The notes below the pieces were generated by a model. It was not told the DNA's origin, made no database searches, and was given only the letters and a program-made list of their open reading frames with translations. Made by a program: the position numbers and the translations under genes. Of a stretch of 64,000 bases of DNA, positions 42,656 to 55,529 are shown one piece after another. Numbering within the stretch: position 1 is the stretch's first letter; each line of letters opens with the position of its first letter. Source of the DNA: Chiloscyllium plagiosum (Eukaryota); assembly GCF_004010195.1 (NCBI RefSeq), contig NC_057718.1:29475206-29539205 (forward strand). The letters run 5' to 3'.

Positions 42656-43170
42656 GAACAACTTTGGACCCCATACCTTCGGAAGGATGCATTGGCCCTG
42701 GAGAGGGTCCAGAGGAGGTTCATGAGAATTATCCCAGGAATGAAAGGTTAACACATGAAAAATGTTTGAGGACTCAGGGATTATACTTGAAGTTTGGATG
42801 AGGGGAGATCTGATTGAAACTTACAGAACACTGGACGGTTTGGACAGAGTGGACGTTGGGAAGATTTTCATTGACAGGAGAGACGAGGATTCGAGGGCAC
42901 AGCCTCAGAGTAAACGGAAGATCCTTTAGAACAGTGATTAGAAGAAACTTCTTTCCCAGAGAGTAGTGAATCTGTGGAATGCATTGCCACAGAGGGCTGT
43001 GGAAGCCAGGTCATTGAGTATATTTAAGACTGAGATAGATAAGTTCTTGTTTGTCAAGGAGATCAAAGGTTACAGGATGAAGGCAGGGGAATGGGGGTGA
43101 AAAACTTTTCAGCCTTGATTGAATAGCAGATCGGACTCAGAGGGCCAGATGGCCTAATTTGTGCTCCTTT
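42656..43170 (+). mobile_element. CR1 3' fragment, family of 40930-41455
   Basis: ccctggagagggtccagaggaggttcatgagaattatcccaggaatgaaag; 3' UTR gatggcctaatttgtgctcc. Confidence 0.85.
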
Positions 43171-43989
43171 GGTGTGTCTCTAAGACACGAACCAGTTGAG
43201 CTCAAACTGCTCTAGTTAATACTGGTTACCATATTTCCAAATACCACTTAATTGTTCCTTACCATTTTCATTCAATCAATTTTGAATTTAACCAAAGGTA
43301 AAATTTGATCGCTCTGCAGTTTGGCAGCAAAACAGAAGTGAGTGCAAATTCACATCCTTCAAAGGCCTTTTATAAATATGCACTTGAAACAAAAACCTTG
43401 AATACCCATGAGACAGAACCCTTACTTAATAATTGCAAGCATGTGTGTTCTTTATTTATGTTAAATTTGTTTTTTAATCCTCTGAAATGCAAATGAGAAT
43501 AAGTCACACATTTCCAATCTGTGCCCCTGTTCTAAAATTAAATGGGAACGCTTAGTATTCAAACAGAAAGGCATATACTTTAATGCAACCAACGCACTGC
43601 AGTACAAAACTATTAAAGATATATTTGCAAAGGCAAAGTTTTGTTGATTAATTAAAATGCTTGTTACATTGAACATTGCATTTAAGATGACAGTGCAGCC
43701 AATTATAGCTCATTTGTAAAAAAACTGCAAACCTTAGTTTTAACTATTTTCCAGAATCTCCTAAATCATAAGCATATAATCTGACATAAGCATAGTATGT
43801 TTTTACTTTAAAGGGAAGTGGCAGTGGGTAAAGGGAAGACCCTTGAGAACAGTTAGAAGAAACTTCTTTACCAGAGAGTAGTGAATTTGTGGAATCCATT
43901 GCCACAGAGAGCTGTGGAAGCCAGGTCATTGCCATTATTTTGTGTAATTCCTGACTGATAAAATTTGCCAGGTTGTTCCGAATATACAA

Positions 43990-44172
43990 GGAGAAAGAGA
44001 GGACTGCAGATGCTGCAGACCAGAGCCAAGAGTGTGGTGCTGGACAAGCACAGCAGGTCAGAGGAGCAGGAGAATCAATATTTTGGGCATAAACCCTTTG
44101 TCAGAAATAGATGTCGATTCTCCTGCTCCTCGGATGCTGCCTGACCTGCTGTGCTTTTCCAGCACCACACTT
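43990..44172 (-). mobile_element. Short palindromic PLE-derived element
   Basis: Arms 44031-44079 and 44113-44171 are reverse-complementary and homologous to the PLE 3' end at 58.8 kb; decayed hammerhead at 44068-44104; aatataca on both flanks. Confidence 0.8.
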
Positions 44173-44399
44173 TCAAGTTTGAAATATACACAGAATAAAT
44201 TTATGTCTTCTGGAGCACGTACAATTCAACTGAATGCCCCAGGCCGATGTAGCTCTCTCATTCCTGGTCACTCTCCTAAAGATCTAATTCACCTACCACA
44301 TTGAGAGAATGCTTTTACAATAAAAAAAAGTTCAGCTTTCAAAATAAGATGTTACATAGCTGGGATTAATCCGTTATGTCATTTTTCAAATGTTTCTCT

Positions 44400-44790
44400 A
44401 ATCCAGCCATCTGTTTTTGCAAATTACCAGTCTTTGCTAAGCTTCCATTCCCCTCAATCTCGAATCCACTCCTATCTTTCTCATCCTTCGATTCTCCTTT
44501 TTTTCTATTACCTCAGACATGATATATCATCAGTCCTTGAACTCTCTGCAGTCTTTTGGTACTGCAAATAACCCATCCACCTCCAACATCTCTCCACCAT
44601 TATTCAGATCAATAGGTTACTTGAATACAGCCATATCATCTCAGGCAATGGCCCTCTTACAACCCACATCACCACACTGGATGATTCCAAAGAAGCTACC
44701 CCTGGGCCTTTTCTTCAGATCTTCAGGATACCACCCAATGTTTAAGTTGACTCTTGTTTTTCTTTCAGAGCACTCTGAAGCTTCCTAACC
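44400..44790 (+). mobile_element. Degraded L2-like RT fragment
   Basis: Pyrimidine-rich L2-like sequence with ttttgcaaattacc and cactggatg motifs; weak. Confidence 0.4.
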
Positions 44791-45315
44791 CGCATTTGTG
44801 GCAGAGATGTTTCACTCAGTTAGATTATCTGCAATTTGTTGCTCAGTTAACCCGAACAGGCATTCAACTTCATTAGTACCTATCTCCGGCATGGGTTATT
44901 CAGAGCCTGTTTTACAGAAGATGAAGTCGATTTTGCAAGAATGCTATCGAGCACAATATTGTCTGATTCAAAGTTAGTTTGGTTGGTAGCATATACAATA
45001 AGAATACACACATGTGGACAAGATATGTATTTGTGATTGAAGAGATTGGAAAGATTCAAGAGCTTGATCGATCTATTTTGTCAGTAACGTGTTTCATGTT
45101 GGTATAGAAAATAAAAAATGCAATAATGTCACAGGTTGAAGCATATTTATCATTTCGAATATTTGAATGACCAAACATTAAAAAATTTAACATAAATATT
45201 TGTGCTTCATTGGAGTATGGTATTGTACATGCTGGATCAATTATATTCATAATATACAGTATTATGGGCTCCCAAACAATTCATATTCATTTTTTTGAAA
45301 ATGTTATGAACTTAC

Positions 45316-45385
45316 CTTTTGAATCCCAAAATAAGACTGCCCCTGAAACTGCTCAAATCCACTGCTGGGTTTTCTGGTAATGATA
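45316..45385 (-). CDS. LRPPRC: LRPPRC exon (about exon 14), 70 nt
   Basis: LSLPENPAVDLSSFRGSLILGFKR; ttctcttggtag acceptor, GTAAGT donor; frame continuous. Confidence 0.9.
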
Positions 45386-45979
45386 CTACCAAGAGAAAAA
45401 TATATATTGTGAATTTAGAATATTACAAAGTGAAACAGCAACACCACCATAGAATAATACTCTATTCGTTGTTTTCAACGCTCCTAATATATTGATGATG
45501 ATCAGATGATAAGGATAGAAGTCGCATGAGAAGCCGAGCAGAAAGTTAGAAATTTGTAGCAACTGGTCATAGATGCTATATATGTAAGATCAATAACTTA
45601 TATTGATAGAATTAAGCTTATTTAACATTACATCAAAAACATCAGTTTTTGTATAATTCAGTACTTTTTAAAAAATTGATAACATTCATAACATATCATG
45701 TATACCAATTCTTACATTATTTCTTACTTTGTATTTACATTTTATGATAAAATTTTTGAAGCTGCATTTCCTCAAATTTCCTGCTGTTATTGCAACTCCA
45801 TCAAAAATGCTGAAGAAATCCCAGCCAAACAAAAGCAGCTTTAAGGAAATTTTTGATGTTGTGTTTAAGATAAAGCTTTTTTAAAAAGAAAAGCAAGATC
45901 AACATACCACAAATTGTTTAACAATTTTTAAAATCCGATCTGGTAAAATACAGATTATGTAGAATGTTATAATACTTAC

Positions 45980-46073
45980 ACATAGAATAAACCTTGTCCA
46001 AATGTCCATTTAAAGCTTCTGTTCTGAGTTCAGAGGCATAAAATCCAACTGTGTTGACCAGACATCCATTTTC
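45980..46073 (-). CDS. LRPPRC: LRPPRC exon (about exon 13), 94 nt
   Basis: ENGCLVNTVGFYASELRTEALNGHLDKVYSM; AG acceptor, GTAAGT donor. Confidence 0.93.
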
Positions 46074-46559
46074 CTTCATAAATAAAGCATCCATCATGTC
46101 TCCACATTTCCCATTCTTTAGCTGACAACATCGACTTCAACTAATTAATTAAGCAAATTTCTGTTATGCAAGAGGCACTCATTTAAAAGTCTTGCTAATG
46201 TGCCAAAGCTTGTGTTTTAAGTATCAACCCAACAATTCCAAAACACATTCTTTATGCGGTTACATGCATTTAGTACCAGCATTGCAACTTAATCTTGGTT
46301 TTTTTAAACAAATTTTAACTGTTTAATACAATCAAATTCAGACAAACAGCTGCACATCAAGTTAATGAATGAAATGAAAAAGAATGATTCAGAAGCACTC
46401 CCTGATGATAGATCAAAATATTCCATATATGTTACTAATTTATAATCTTAGTCAATTCTTACTGCCATGTTTCTGTAGGCAAGTTAGATTGTGAGGAACT
46501 AATTGTATCCTGTCATTTAGCCTAGTTATTGATATATTTATAGATTATACAGACAGCTG

Positions 46560-47530
46560 ATTTGTGGATAATGGTTCACCAACATTTTTGTGAATCAAAA
46601 CGTGTTACCAGTAGTATTATACAAGTCACAGTTTCAGATCCTTTGCTGTTTATAGTATGTATTAATTACTTAGACTTTAATGCAGGAGGCATAATTCGGG
46701 AATTTCCAGACCAAAATTGTCGACTGCTGCAACATATCAACAGTTTGCTTGAGTGGGCAGAAATTGGCAAATGGAATTCAACCTAGGACAGCGAGTGGTT
46801 ACGCATTTGGAATGGACAAACAAACACGGAATAACCAATAGGGAGGGTACTGAGAAGGGGAGAAAAAAGCAATCAACTCGAGTCCTTCATGTCCACAGGT
46901 TCCTGAAGGTGGCAGGATATATGAGGTATTAAAGAAAGCATATGGGGATTCTCTTCTTTATTGGGAGAGCTATTCAATAAAAGAAAAGCAGGATGTGATG
47001 CTGGAATTACACAAGCCTCAGATGAAGCCTCAGCTGGAGCTTTGAATACGGTTCTGACCACCACAATACAGGAAGGACATAATTGCTCTAGAGAACACAC
47101 GAGATTTACCAAAAATATTACCAGGCTTGCAAAGTGCAGGTATGAGCAAAAGGTTGGAAAGGCTATGGATGCTTTGCTTTCAAAGGAGTCTGGGGAGCAA
47201 TTAAATGGAGGGATGCAAACTAATGAAGGGCTGGAAAAAGTGGACAGAGATGGTTTCCCCTAGTGGAGAGATCATTTAGAGGAAGCACAGATAAGGTGAT
47301 TGGTGGAAGGATTAGAAACATCAGGATTGGTTTTTCCCCCAGAGGGTAGCGGACATCTGGAATTCACTGCCCACGTTTGGGAGTTGAGGCAGAAACCCTG
47401 AACTCATTAAATAGGAACTTGGATCTGCACCTGAGGGAATGTAATCGACAAGGCTACAGACAAGGTACTGGAAAGATCATTTATTCAGCCAGTGCAGACA
47501 AATTCAGTCCTGAATTGGTTCTTTCTGTGC
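46560..47530 (+). mobile_element. Old CR1 RT plus 3' UTR
   Basis: DPLLFIVCINYLD, EWAEIGKWNS, tggaattcactgccc (WNSLP). Confidence 0.75.
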
Positions 47531-47933
47531 TGTAACTGTTCTTTGGTCATATAAATCACAGAATGGTTATAGTGCCTTTCAACTCATTCCACTTATAACA
47601 GTTCTCTGTCAGAAGTACAAAGTGAATTCCACTCCTGTCTTTTCCCTAGTGACCAAGCAACCTTTTTTAAAATCTTCACAAACATCAAATTAATTTTGAA
47701 AACCATGATTGCACCTGCCTCCACCACACTCAGGCAGTGCATTTCCATTACTAACCACTCGATACAAAGGCATTTCCTAATGTCATCCTTGTTTCTTTAG
47801 ACAATCACTAACAATTTACAATTTTAGTGGAAGCAAGCTCATATGAAGTGAGCTTGCCTCAGGATATTTTAACTTCCCTAAGGTTACATATGATGTAAGT
47901 TATTGCTGATTAAGAGATATTGTTAATACAAAC

Positions 47934-48052
47934 CTCAAGCTGGATACGAGCTGTCTCAATGCTGTCAAATGCCGACTGCACATAATTTGCGTAGGTCTCT
48001 ACATCAGGTTCTACTCCTAGATTCTGCATGGCCTTCAGTACTTCTACGATCC
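47934..48052 (-). CDS. LRPPRC: LRPPRC exon (about exon 12), 119 nt
   Basis: GIVEVLKAMQNLGVEPDVETYANYVQSAFDSIETARIQLE (PPR-like); ttttcag acceptor, GTTTGT donor; frame continuous. Confidence 0.95.
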
Positions 48053-49534
48053 CTGAAAATTAATAGCCATTTGTAAATCGAAATATTAGCTGTGAATACA
48101 TCTGACTGGGGCTTATTAAATAATTTTCATCTCTACCTCCTTCGAAATATTCAAGTCCATCACCCATTATTTTCACAAATTATTTTACTTGCAACACAAC
48201 AGTGGGAGTTTTAATGGAAAAGTTCAAACCAAATTTGAAACCTCCAGTTCCATTTCAAATAGACATGAATGCATTGTTGCAAGGCTTGATTTCTATTTAC
48301 AATGAAGGGGTTTAAGCATGGTGAACATACAATCGTGTCAAATTTTGTCGTAGTTGTCCACCTCCAAGTGGTGAGCATAAAAATTTATTAGAATTTGGAT
48401 GCTACCAATCGTGATTAACAATTGCAAAGAAAACTGACAAATTTGACATACATCACCAAATTTGATGGCATCAATAAATTGAGAAATTAGCCATGTGCTG
48501 ACAAAATGAATTACATAAAAAGTACCTTCAACATATCTCAATAGTCCTCAAGAAATCATGTGCAACAAAAGATTACCTCCCCAGCAATGCCCAGATAGCA
48601 TGAAAAAAAAATTAAAATGAATTAAAATGTCAATGGACAAAATGTTAACAAATGAAACTGAATGCAAGCCAAAACAAAATGCAACCAAATAGGACAGAAA
48701 AATTGTTTCAAATGAAAACAGTTATAAAATGTTTTCAAAGCCATGAAGTACTTGGAAAATGATTTGGTGCACAGTATTTGAATATTGCTGCATATTGAAT
48801 ATTTTCATTTTACACTCATTAGGACAAATGCACAAATACTTGCTGTGACTGTTTGAAAATTGATGAAACATCTCCAAACGTTTGAACATTTAAATAAGCT
48901 GCTTCATATTGCTACTGTGCAGTGGCCACATGAGTGGTATTTTCCATGAACAGGATGCTGCCATCAACCCAAAAAGATATTTTGCATACCACTTAATAAG
49001 GAAATGTTACAAATAAAGTTCAGTAAAAGTGTGATGCACATCCAAGCAACTGACTGATTGAATCAAACAACTTGCTTCTTCAGTTGTTCATAATAATCCA
49101 GGCTTACAAAATCAAAACAGAACATCAACTGTTAGGCACAATTTTGCAACTGCCAGCATATACTGACCAACCCAGGCATACTAACAGCCAAATTACCAAT
49201 ACATTTTTGATAATCTACTGACAATTGCAAGTAGTGTCATACATTCAGACACAGGGATCTAGTCTCTGCAAACAAATATGTGAAATCTGCACGTTTTTTT
49301 TATTAGCTGGGAGGCTGGGAAGCCTGTAATTCGACAAACCTCCACCAAGGCAATGCCTCAGCCAGTGTTAACTTGCTCACCAATCAACATGCTTTTGTCC
49401 CGAGTTTAACATACCTCAAAGTTGGCCTGTTTCTAATTTGTCTTTATAAGTGCTGGATGAAAAAGTTCAGCAACACTTCAAAAGTGGAATGAAGTGCTGT
49501 ATTATGCAAGATGCAACAAATAAGGTACAATCTA

Positions 49535-49670
49535 GATTAGTGATGCCGGTTGAGAGATAAATATCAACCAGGTCACCAAGACCTTTATGTGTCTTGCTGG
49601 AAAAACAGCATGGGTTGCTATACCTCTCCTAAGTGAAGATACAGACTGTGGTCCAATGTTTCATCTAAAC
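49535..49670 (-). mobile_element. Degenerate Deu-domain SINE remnant (SacSINE1/AmnSINE-like)
   Basis: gtgatgccggttgagagataaatatcaaccaggtcacc...catggg...aatgtttcatctaaa resembles the recalled reverse-complement Deu-domain consensus. Confidence 0.5.
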
Positions 49671-52600
49671 CTAACAAAGTTAAAAACGAAGTTAAAAGAC
49701 ATCGTATAAATGTAACTTAGGAAATCCATTATTTGCAGCAATACTCAAAAAAAACCTTTCTAGTCAGTACAGTCAAGATCAAGTTAATGGATGCCACTCT
49801 CAAACTGTTAAGCACTGCCATCAAGACTTGCCATGAATGCTATGCCCAGTTCTACATAAAATGCCAAAGGCCAGAGACCCACAACATTAATCTGCAGTTT
49901 TAAAAGACTGATCTTTGAATTTGACAATGAAAGTCTTGAAAGAAAGCAACAGAGTGAAACTCAGACATTCAAGACAATAAACAGAATAAAATAGGTAAAT
50001 CTGGACCATAATCTCAACTAAATCATAGTAGAAGAACACGGTGTCACAGGTTCAAACAAGCAGCAAGATCAGAAATGCTGTGTTTCTCGTTGCAAGTAAT
50101 CAGTTCGTGGATCTGGCTTCGAGTTTGTCATGCAAGTTAAACCAAAGGTTAACAAAAGCAACATTTGGGTAAGGTACTAGGCTATCAAGTGGGAAAAAAG
50201 ATGGAGGAGTTTTGATGGCCGTAATAATGTTTCAGCTCTAATTTCTGACCTTGGAAATATTTGCAGATCAGGAGTGCCAATCTCAAATTATATTGTCTAC
50301 AAATATTAAAAAATGAACAATTTGGGTTAATAATAACTTTACATTTTCCTGAGCACCCTGTTTCTTTTTGGGCAAGAATACCTTTTATTGAGCTGAATAA
50401 ATGTTTTTATTCAGAATGGTGAGGTACCCAATTTCAAACGAAATTGTAAATCAACAGGTCAAGAGAATTTAAAACACACTTTAACTGCCACTGCCCAATC
50501 TGTTCTGAACCAGCTTTGAAACAAATTTTCTGAGAATTAGCGGTATATAAAATGTCTGCTTTATCTATTGTCTCAGCTCAGAATCAAGCCCTCTTCCATA
50601 TTTCACCTCTAACTCCTTATTACTCAGTGACAAGAGAGAAAAACAATCGCAATTCAAAAATATACAGGACAATTAAAGCTGCCTTCAATTTTAAATGCTA
50701 TTTTCAATTTAACTGGAAAGATGACTTCAAACACAACAAAACTTTACAGCTCTCCTTCCTCTTAAATCACATCAGAAGCAAATGTAACAATTCTGTTATT
50801 AGGAATGGACTTGTCAGCTTATGCGACATCTTGAAGTAAGGCAGCATATGCTGTTCACAGCTCATCAGCTACCTCTGTCAGTTATTTGTAAATGTAAAAT
50901 TTGCTTAAAGCTCTTCTAGCCTGAAGTGCCACCTTTAGAAAGTAAAGTAGCCTTCAATATTTTATGCAGTGCGCTACATTGCTGATAATCCAAAGTGATT
51001 TCCCTTTGAGCACAAATGTCTATGTGGGGCTAAGTCACTCTAAATTAAAGTCACAACACTTTTTTCCTATTTTGCCCCAGAACAACTTCATATTTATTTT
51101 TGCATTTATGCATTACTATATTTTGTGTGGGCAGGAAATGGAACAGTAAAAACGTTAAGGTGAATGAGCACATGCTTGCAGAGTATTTTGTACTTGAAAG
51201 ATTACTTGTCAAATTAGTAAAGAAGGGCCACTAAGGCGATATTTACTAATGACCTATCTACATAAATATACCACCAATTTTAAGCTGTGAACCTGGATTG
51301 CTTTATATAGCAACAACAGATGTTTTGGTATTGATTGAAGCCCAAATGGCTATTCAGGCTGGTGTGCTCTGGATTCAAACAATTCAATCTTTTTATATCT
51401 TGAGGTCTGCACGCTCCTCATGGTTACAAAAATTGCATTGCACTATTGTGCAATTTATGAATTCAAGTTCTGCTTTATGGCCTCTCTCTCTAGCTGAAAA
51501 ATACTTTTACATATATATGTAGATCAGTGTTTCATTCTTGTTTTGCCATTGAAAACAATTATGTTCAAGTTCCCTCATAATTTACATCAGCAGCCAAAAT
51601 CTTGAAATTCCGAGGCAGATCTTATTTGCTAAAGAAGAATGTTTATATCATGTTAAAAAAAATTTGTCAGCTGCAGTTACATTCACTCAGCTGCCACTCA
51701 ATGTTTCCACTTAATCTAAAAGTAATGACGTGACAGTTTATTTGCAAAGAACTTCTCCATCTAATGAAAAACTGCTGCTAATTAGCAGTACACAAACAAT
51801 TAAGTCAGTAACCTCTGTCGATAATGACGCTCATAACTACAACTACAGAACAGATGCAGGATTACTAATCACTGTCTAAGAGGGAATTAAAAAAAGACCT
51901 TTTCACAGACTCAAAGCTCGTTCAAAACAGAAGCCAGTCAATTAAATTTTATTTAAGACCTTGTAAACAAAAAAAAATCCAGACAACTTCATAATGCACA
52001 CAAATTATTTCTACAGTAACATGAGGACATGCAACAAACCAGAATATGAATTGAAACTGCAGTGCTTGGAAGAAAAACATCTCCAAACTGAAATGCCCTT
52101 ATTCAAGCATCACTCCTCCCTCCTGGAAAGAGAAAAATTACTTCATGTGTAGAACCTGTGAAGTAAAATTTATTAATTTCACAGTAGTTTCCAGAGCTAT
52201 AATTTTACTGACTTGTTAAAAATCATTTCAATGAGCACTGTATGGTATTTGTGCACAATACACTGGTTATGAAATAGTTCAACCATAACATTACCATGCA
52301 CACAATTCTTTTCATAATACTTGGGCTATTTAAACCTTTCTTAGATTAAGTCAGTTTTTCAACAAACACATTAGACCAGGTTTATGAAAATTGCTAAATT
52401 ACATCTGCACCAAATTGGGAAGATTGTAAGGACGCTGAGCGAGCTATACCGACCTTACATTTAATTCTAATGCATGCTTGATACAATTGGTATCACAAAT
52501 CTGCTCATTTCATCCTAATACTTGAATTTATACATTCCATTCATCTCAGCTGATCCCAATGACCCTGAATAACCCACCCAAACAGAAATCAAATCTTCAT

Positions 52601-55529
52601 CCAGGTTGGCAATTTCAGCAACTTGTTAACAAACACTCAATAAGCTACACAAATACTTGTTTTGTCAAAATTGAACATTTTAGTTATCCTAATTCTAAAT
52701 TATTTTCAAAATATTTAGTTCATTCATTGCTGTCACTGCAATTTCTTCAAATTGTATGGATGACTAAGTAAAATTTCCATGCAATTAGCACATGGTGAAA
52801 ATACTCTGTAATGTTACCCCTTTCCAAATTTCGGATTGTAAATGGGAAAAAAAACAAATCTGAAGAACAGAATCATTGAGTCATTTTTGGCACACGAGCC
52901 AGCCATTTGACTTATCGAATCCATACCAGTTTGCCCTTGAAAAATAAGCCCCACTCCTCTGCCTGGTCCCAACTGCTCTACAAGTTTATTTTCTTCAAGT
53001 GCTCATCCAATTTCCTCCAGAAATTGATTGTTTCTATATTCATCATTCTACAAGCAGCAAATTCCAGGTTACCACCATTCACGTACAAGCAAGACAAATG
53101 TTGAGAAGCAGTAATCTGAGCAAATTCAGGTTGAAAATTATGTCACAAGCCAGGTCCTCGTACAACAGCAAAATGCATCCAGTAAATGGAATTTTTCTTG
53201 AAAGCATAACTGCTATTAACACATTAAATAGGCCTTGTGACAACCATGTCACAAATAATGCATTTAAATCAAGCAGGCTACGCAGTCCAAACTTCAGACA
53301 ATTCTGTCCAACTCATTTCTTTCAATTATAAAGAAAATCTGCAGATATTCTGACATAAAAAATGCAATACTTTCTATCCCTCAATATATGTCATTTCTTA
53401 GCTTCCTTTACATGAGAAAGTAAGCAGGTGAACTGCCCCCAATTCAACACCTCAGAACTTGGGCACTCTCCAAAGCGAAGACTTAATTTGGAAGACCAAG
53501 GTGCAAGAACATATTGAGGTAGACCACCAGACTCAACTAGAATGATATTCTTGGAGCAAACAACGAAGTTTTAAAAAGCAAAATAAATTTTCAAAAAGGT
53601 TTTTCTGCGTTTTCTTGACTACGTTAAATGTAACATGCAGCCTAAAAGATTTCAGCTGCTTCATCAATGACCATTATCATATTACACAAAAGAATAATAA
53701 ACCAGTGACAACTTGCTGCAAAATAACCCCAAAGTTTGGAAATATTAAAATCAGTTCATTATAAAAATGCAGTTCATGAAACTATAATCAGATGCAAATA
53801 TATTGATTCCCAAATAAGTGGGATTCTAAAGATTGTCAGTGGGATACAAATCAGCAGGTTGGTGAGGAAACATTGCACATGATCAATGCAACAAGTCAAG
53901 ATAGCAATGCCGATATTGGTTTAAATACCATTTTTCCAAATGCATCGCATTGGTAAACAGATTCTACACATCAACCTGAAGACAACATTTAACATTCATT
54001 GCTTCCAGCTCTACTCTACTTAACTGACACTTCCATCTCTGGTCAAATATCTATCCATGACAGGCGGTTTTGTTCTTGGCTGTTGTCACAATAATAATAA
54101 AAATGTTATTTAAAAAGCAGAATTTTGGTTGAACATCTAGTAGTTTGAACAGCAGAGACCAACATTTTTTCTGATTCTTTGTAAGCTATTACTTCCCATT
54201 TAATATATTTCGTGATGAGTATTTTCAAAAAAAATGATTTATCAAATGTTCAAGGCTAAGTGCTGCTTCTTTTTTTCACATTTTATAATTCTGACAAGCA
54301 TTGGAACAGATGTGCCTTCAACTAACAGTGGTGAAAAGCAGGTATGGGAAGAAATGACAGTTAAATTAAATAACAAAGAGCTGGAAGCAACAAGCTTTCA
54401 TATTTTCTTTGTCTGATGTACAGTGTCTAGGCTGAGACATGCGATACACTTCATAATATTTACTTTTGAGCTTTACAGTCTCTGAACAGACATAAAATGT
54501 GGATGACAAAATAAAGTCAAAATTGGCTAAATCTGTATTTTACAACTGAAATATAAAATTGACATTTTTCAAAAAGATATAAGTTCATAAAGATGTTGAA
54601 CCCCAAGATAATTTAGTTTCACAAGACAATGTTACCAAAAAATCCTTCCTTGAATGTATGAGTGACATTGAATTGCTATGAAATACAATTTTCTAAGAAA
54701 TATTAAAGCACCTGAAGATGACTTACAGTCACATTAGGGAACTGGTGGTCAGAAGTAAATATGGGTTCCTCAAATATGCATGAGAATAATTTCATCAATT
54801 AAAATAAAGAATGGTGGAAACGCTAAATGGTGACTGCTTGTCAGTATTTATAGCAAAGGAAGAGAACATTATGTCAGTTGAGCACAATTGCAATCATTTA
54901 TTTGTTATGAAAAAATTGATCAAATTCAAATTTGGAATTCTGCAATCTATACGAGCATTTAAAATTACTGGATTATAATAAAGGTGGTCTGATATCGACA
55001 AACAACTAGTTCATGTGCATGCTGGTTCTTGGCAATTGAGGTCCGAATGGATTGGATATCTGCTGCCTTTGAAGCATTCAGAGGGAACAATCATTTTGTT
55101 CAGTTCGCATCTAATACAAGATTTTGCACAATGACACAAAGAACAGAAGATCGAATGATTACATGATTTGGAAATAATCCAGAAACAGAAACAGGTGTCA
55201 ATTCAGTGGAAGGATTAACAACAACAAAATGAGGATGAACACATTTTTAGTAGGTTTGGCTATTACTGCAGAATACAGAATTTGAAAGAAGTAATGTCTG
55301 AATGAATCCAAGGAATGCCTAAAGAACAGTTAATGTGTGCTTCTGGTGTGAACTGGAGTATCATTATGCAGGAAATTGTGCAGAGCAAGGGCCTTGAAAT
55401 GACAAAGAGAATTGGGAAGAACAGGTCAAAGTTAAAGATGAAACCAAAGAAATTATACATTTACAAAAAGAGTTATAGTCCTGTGACAAATGTCAATATA
55501 GAGGATTCCTTCAAGTGTACAACATGAGA

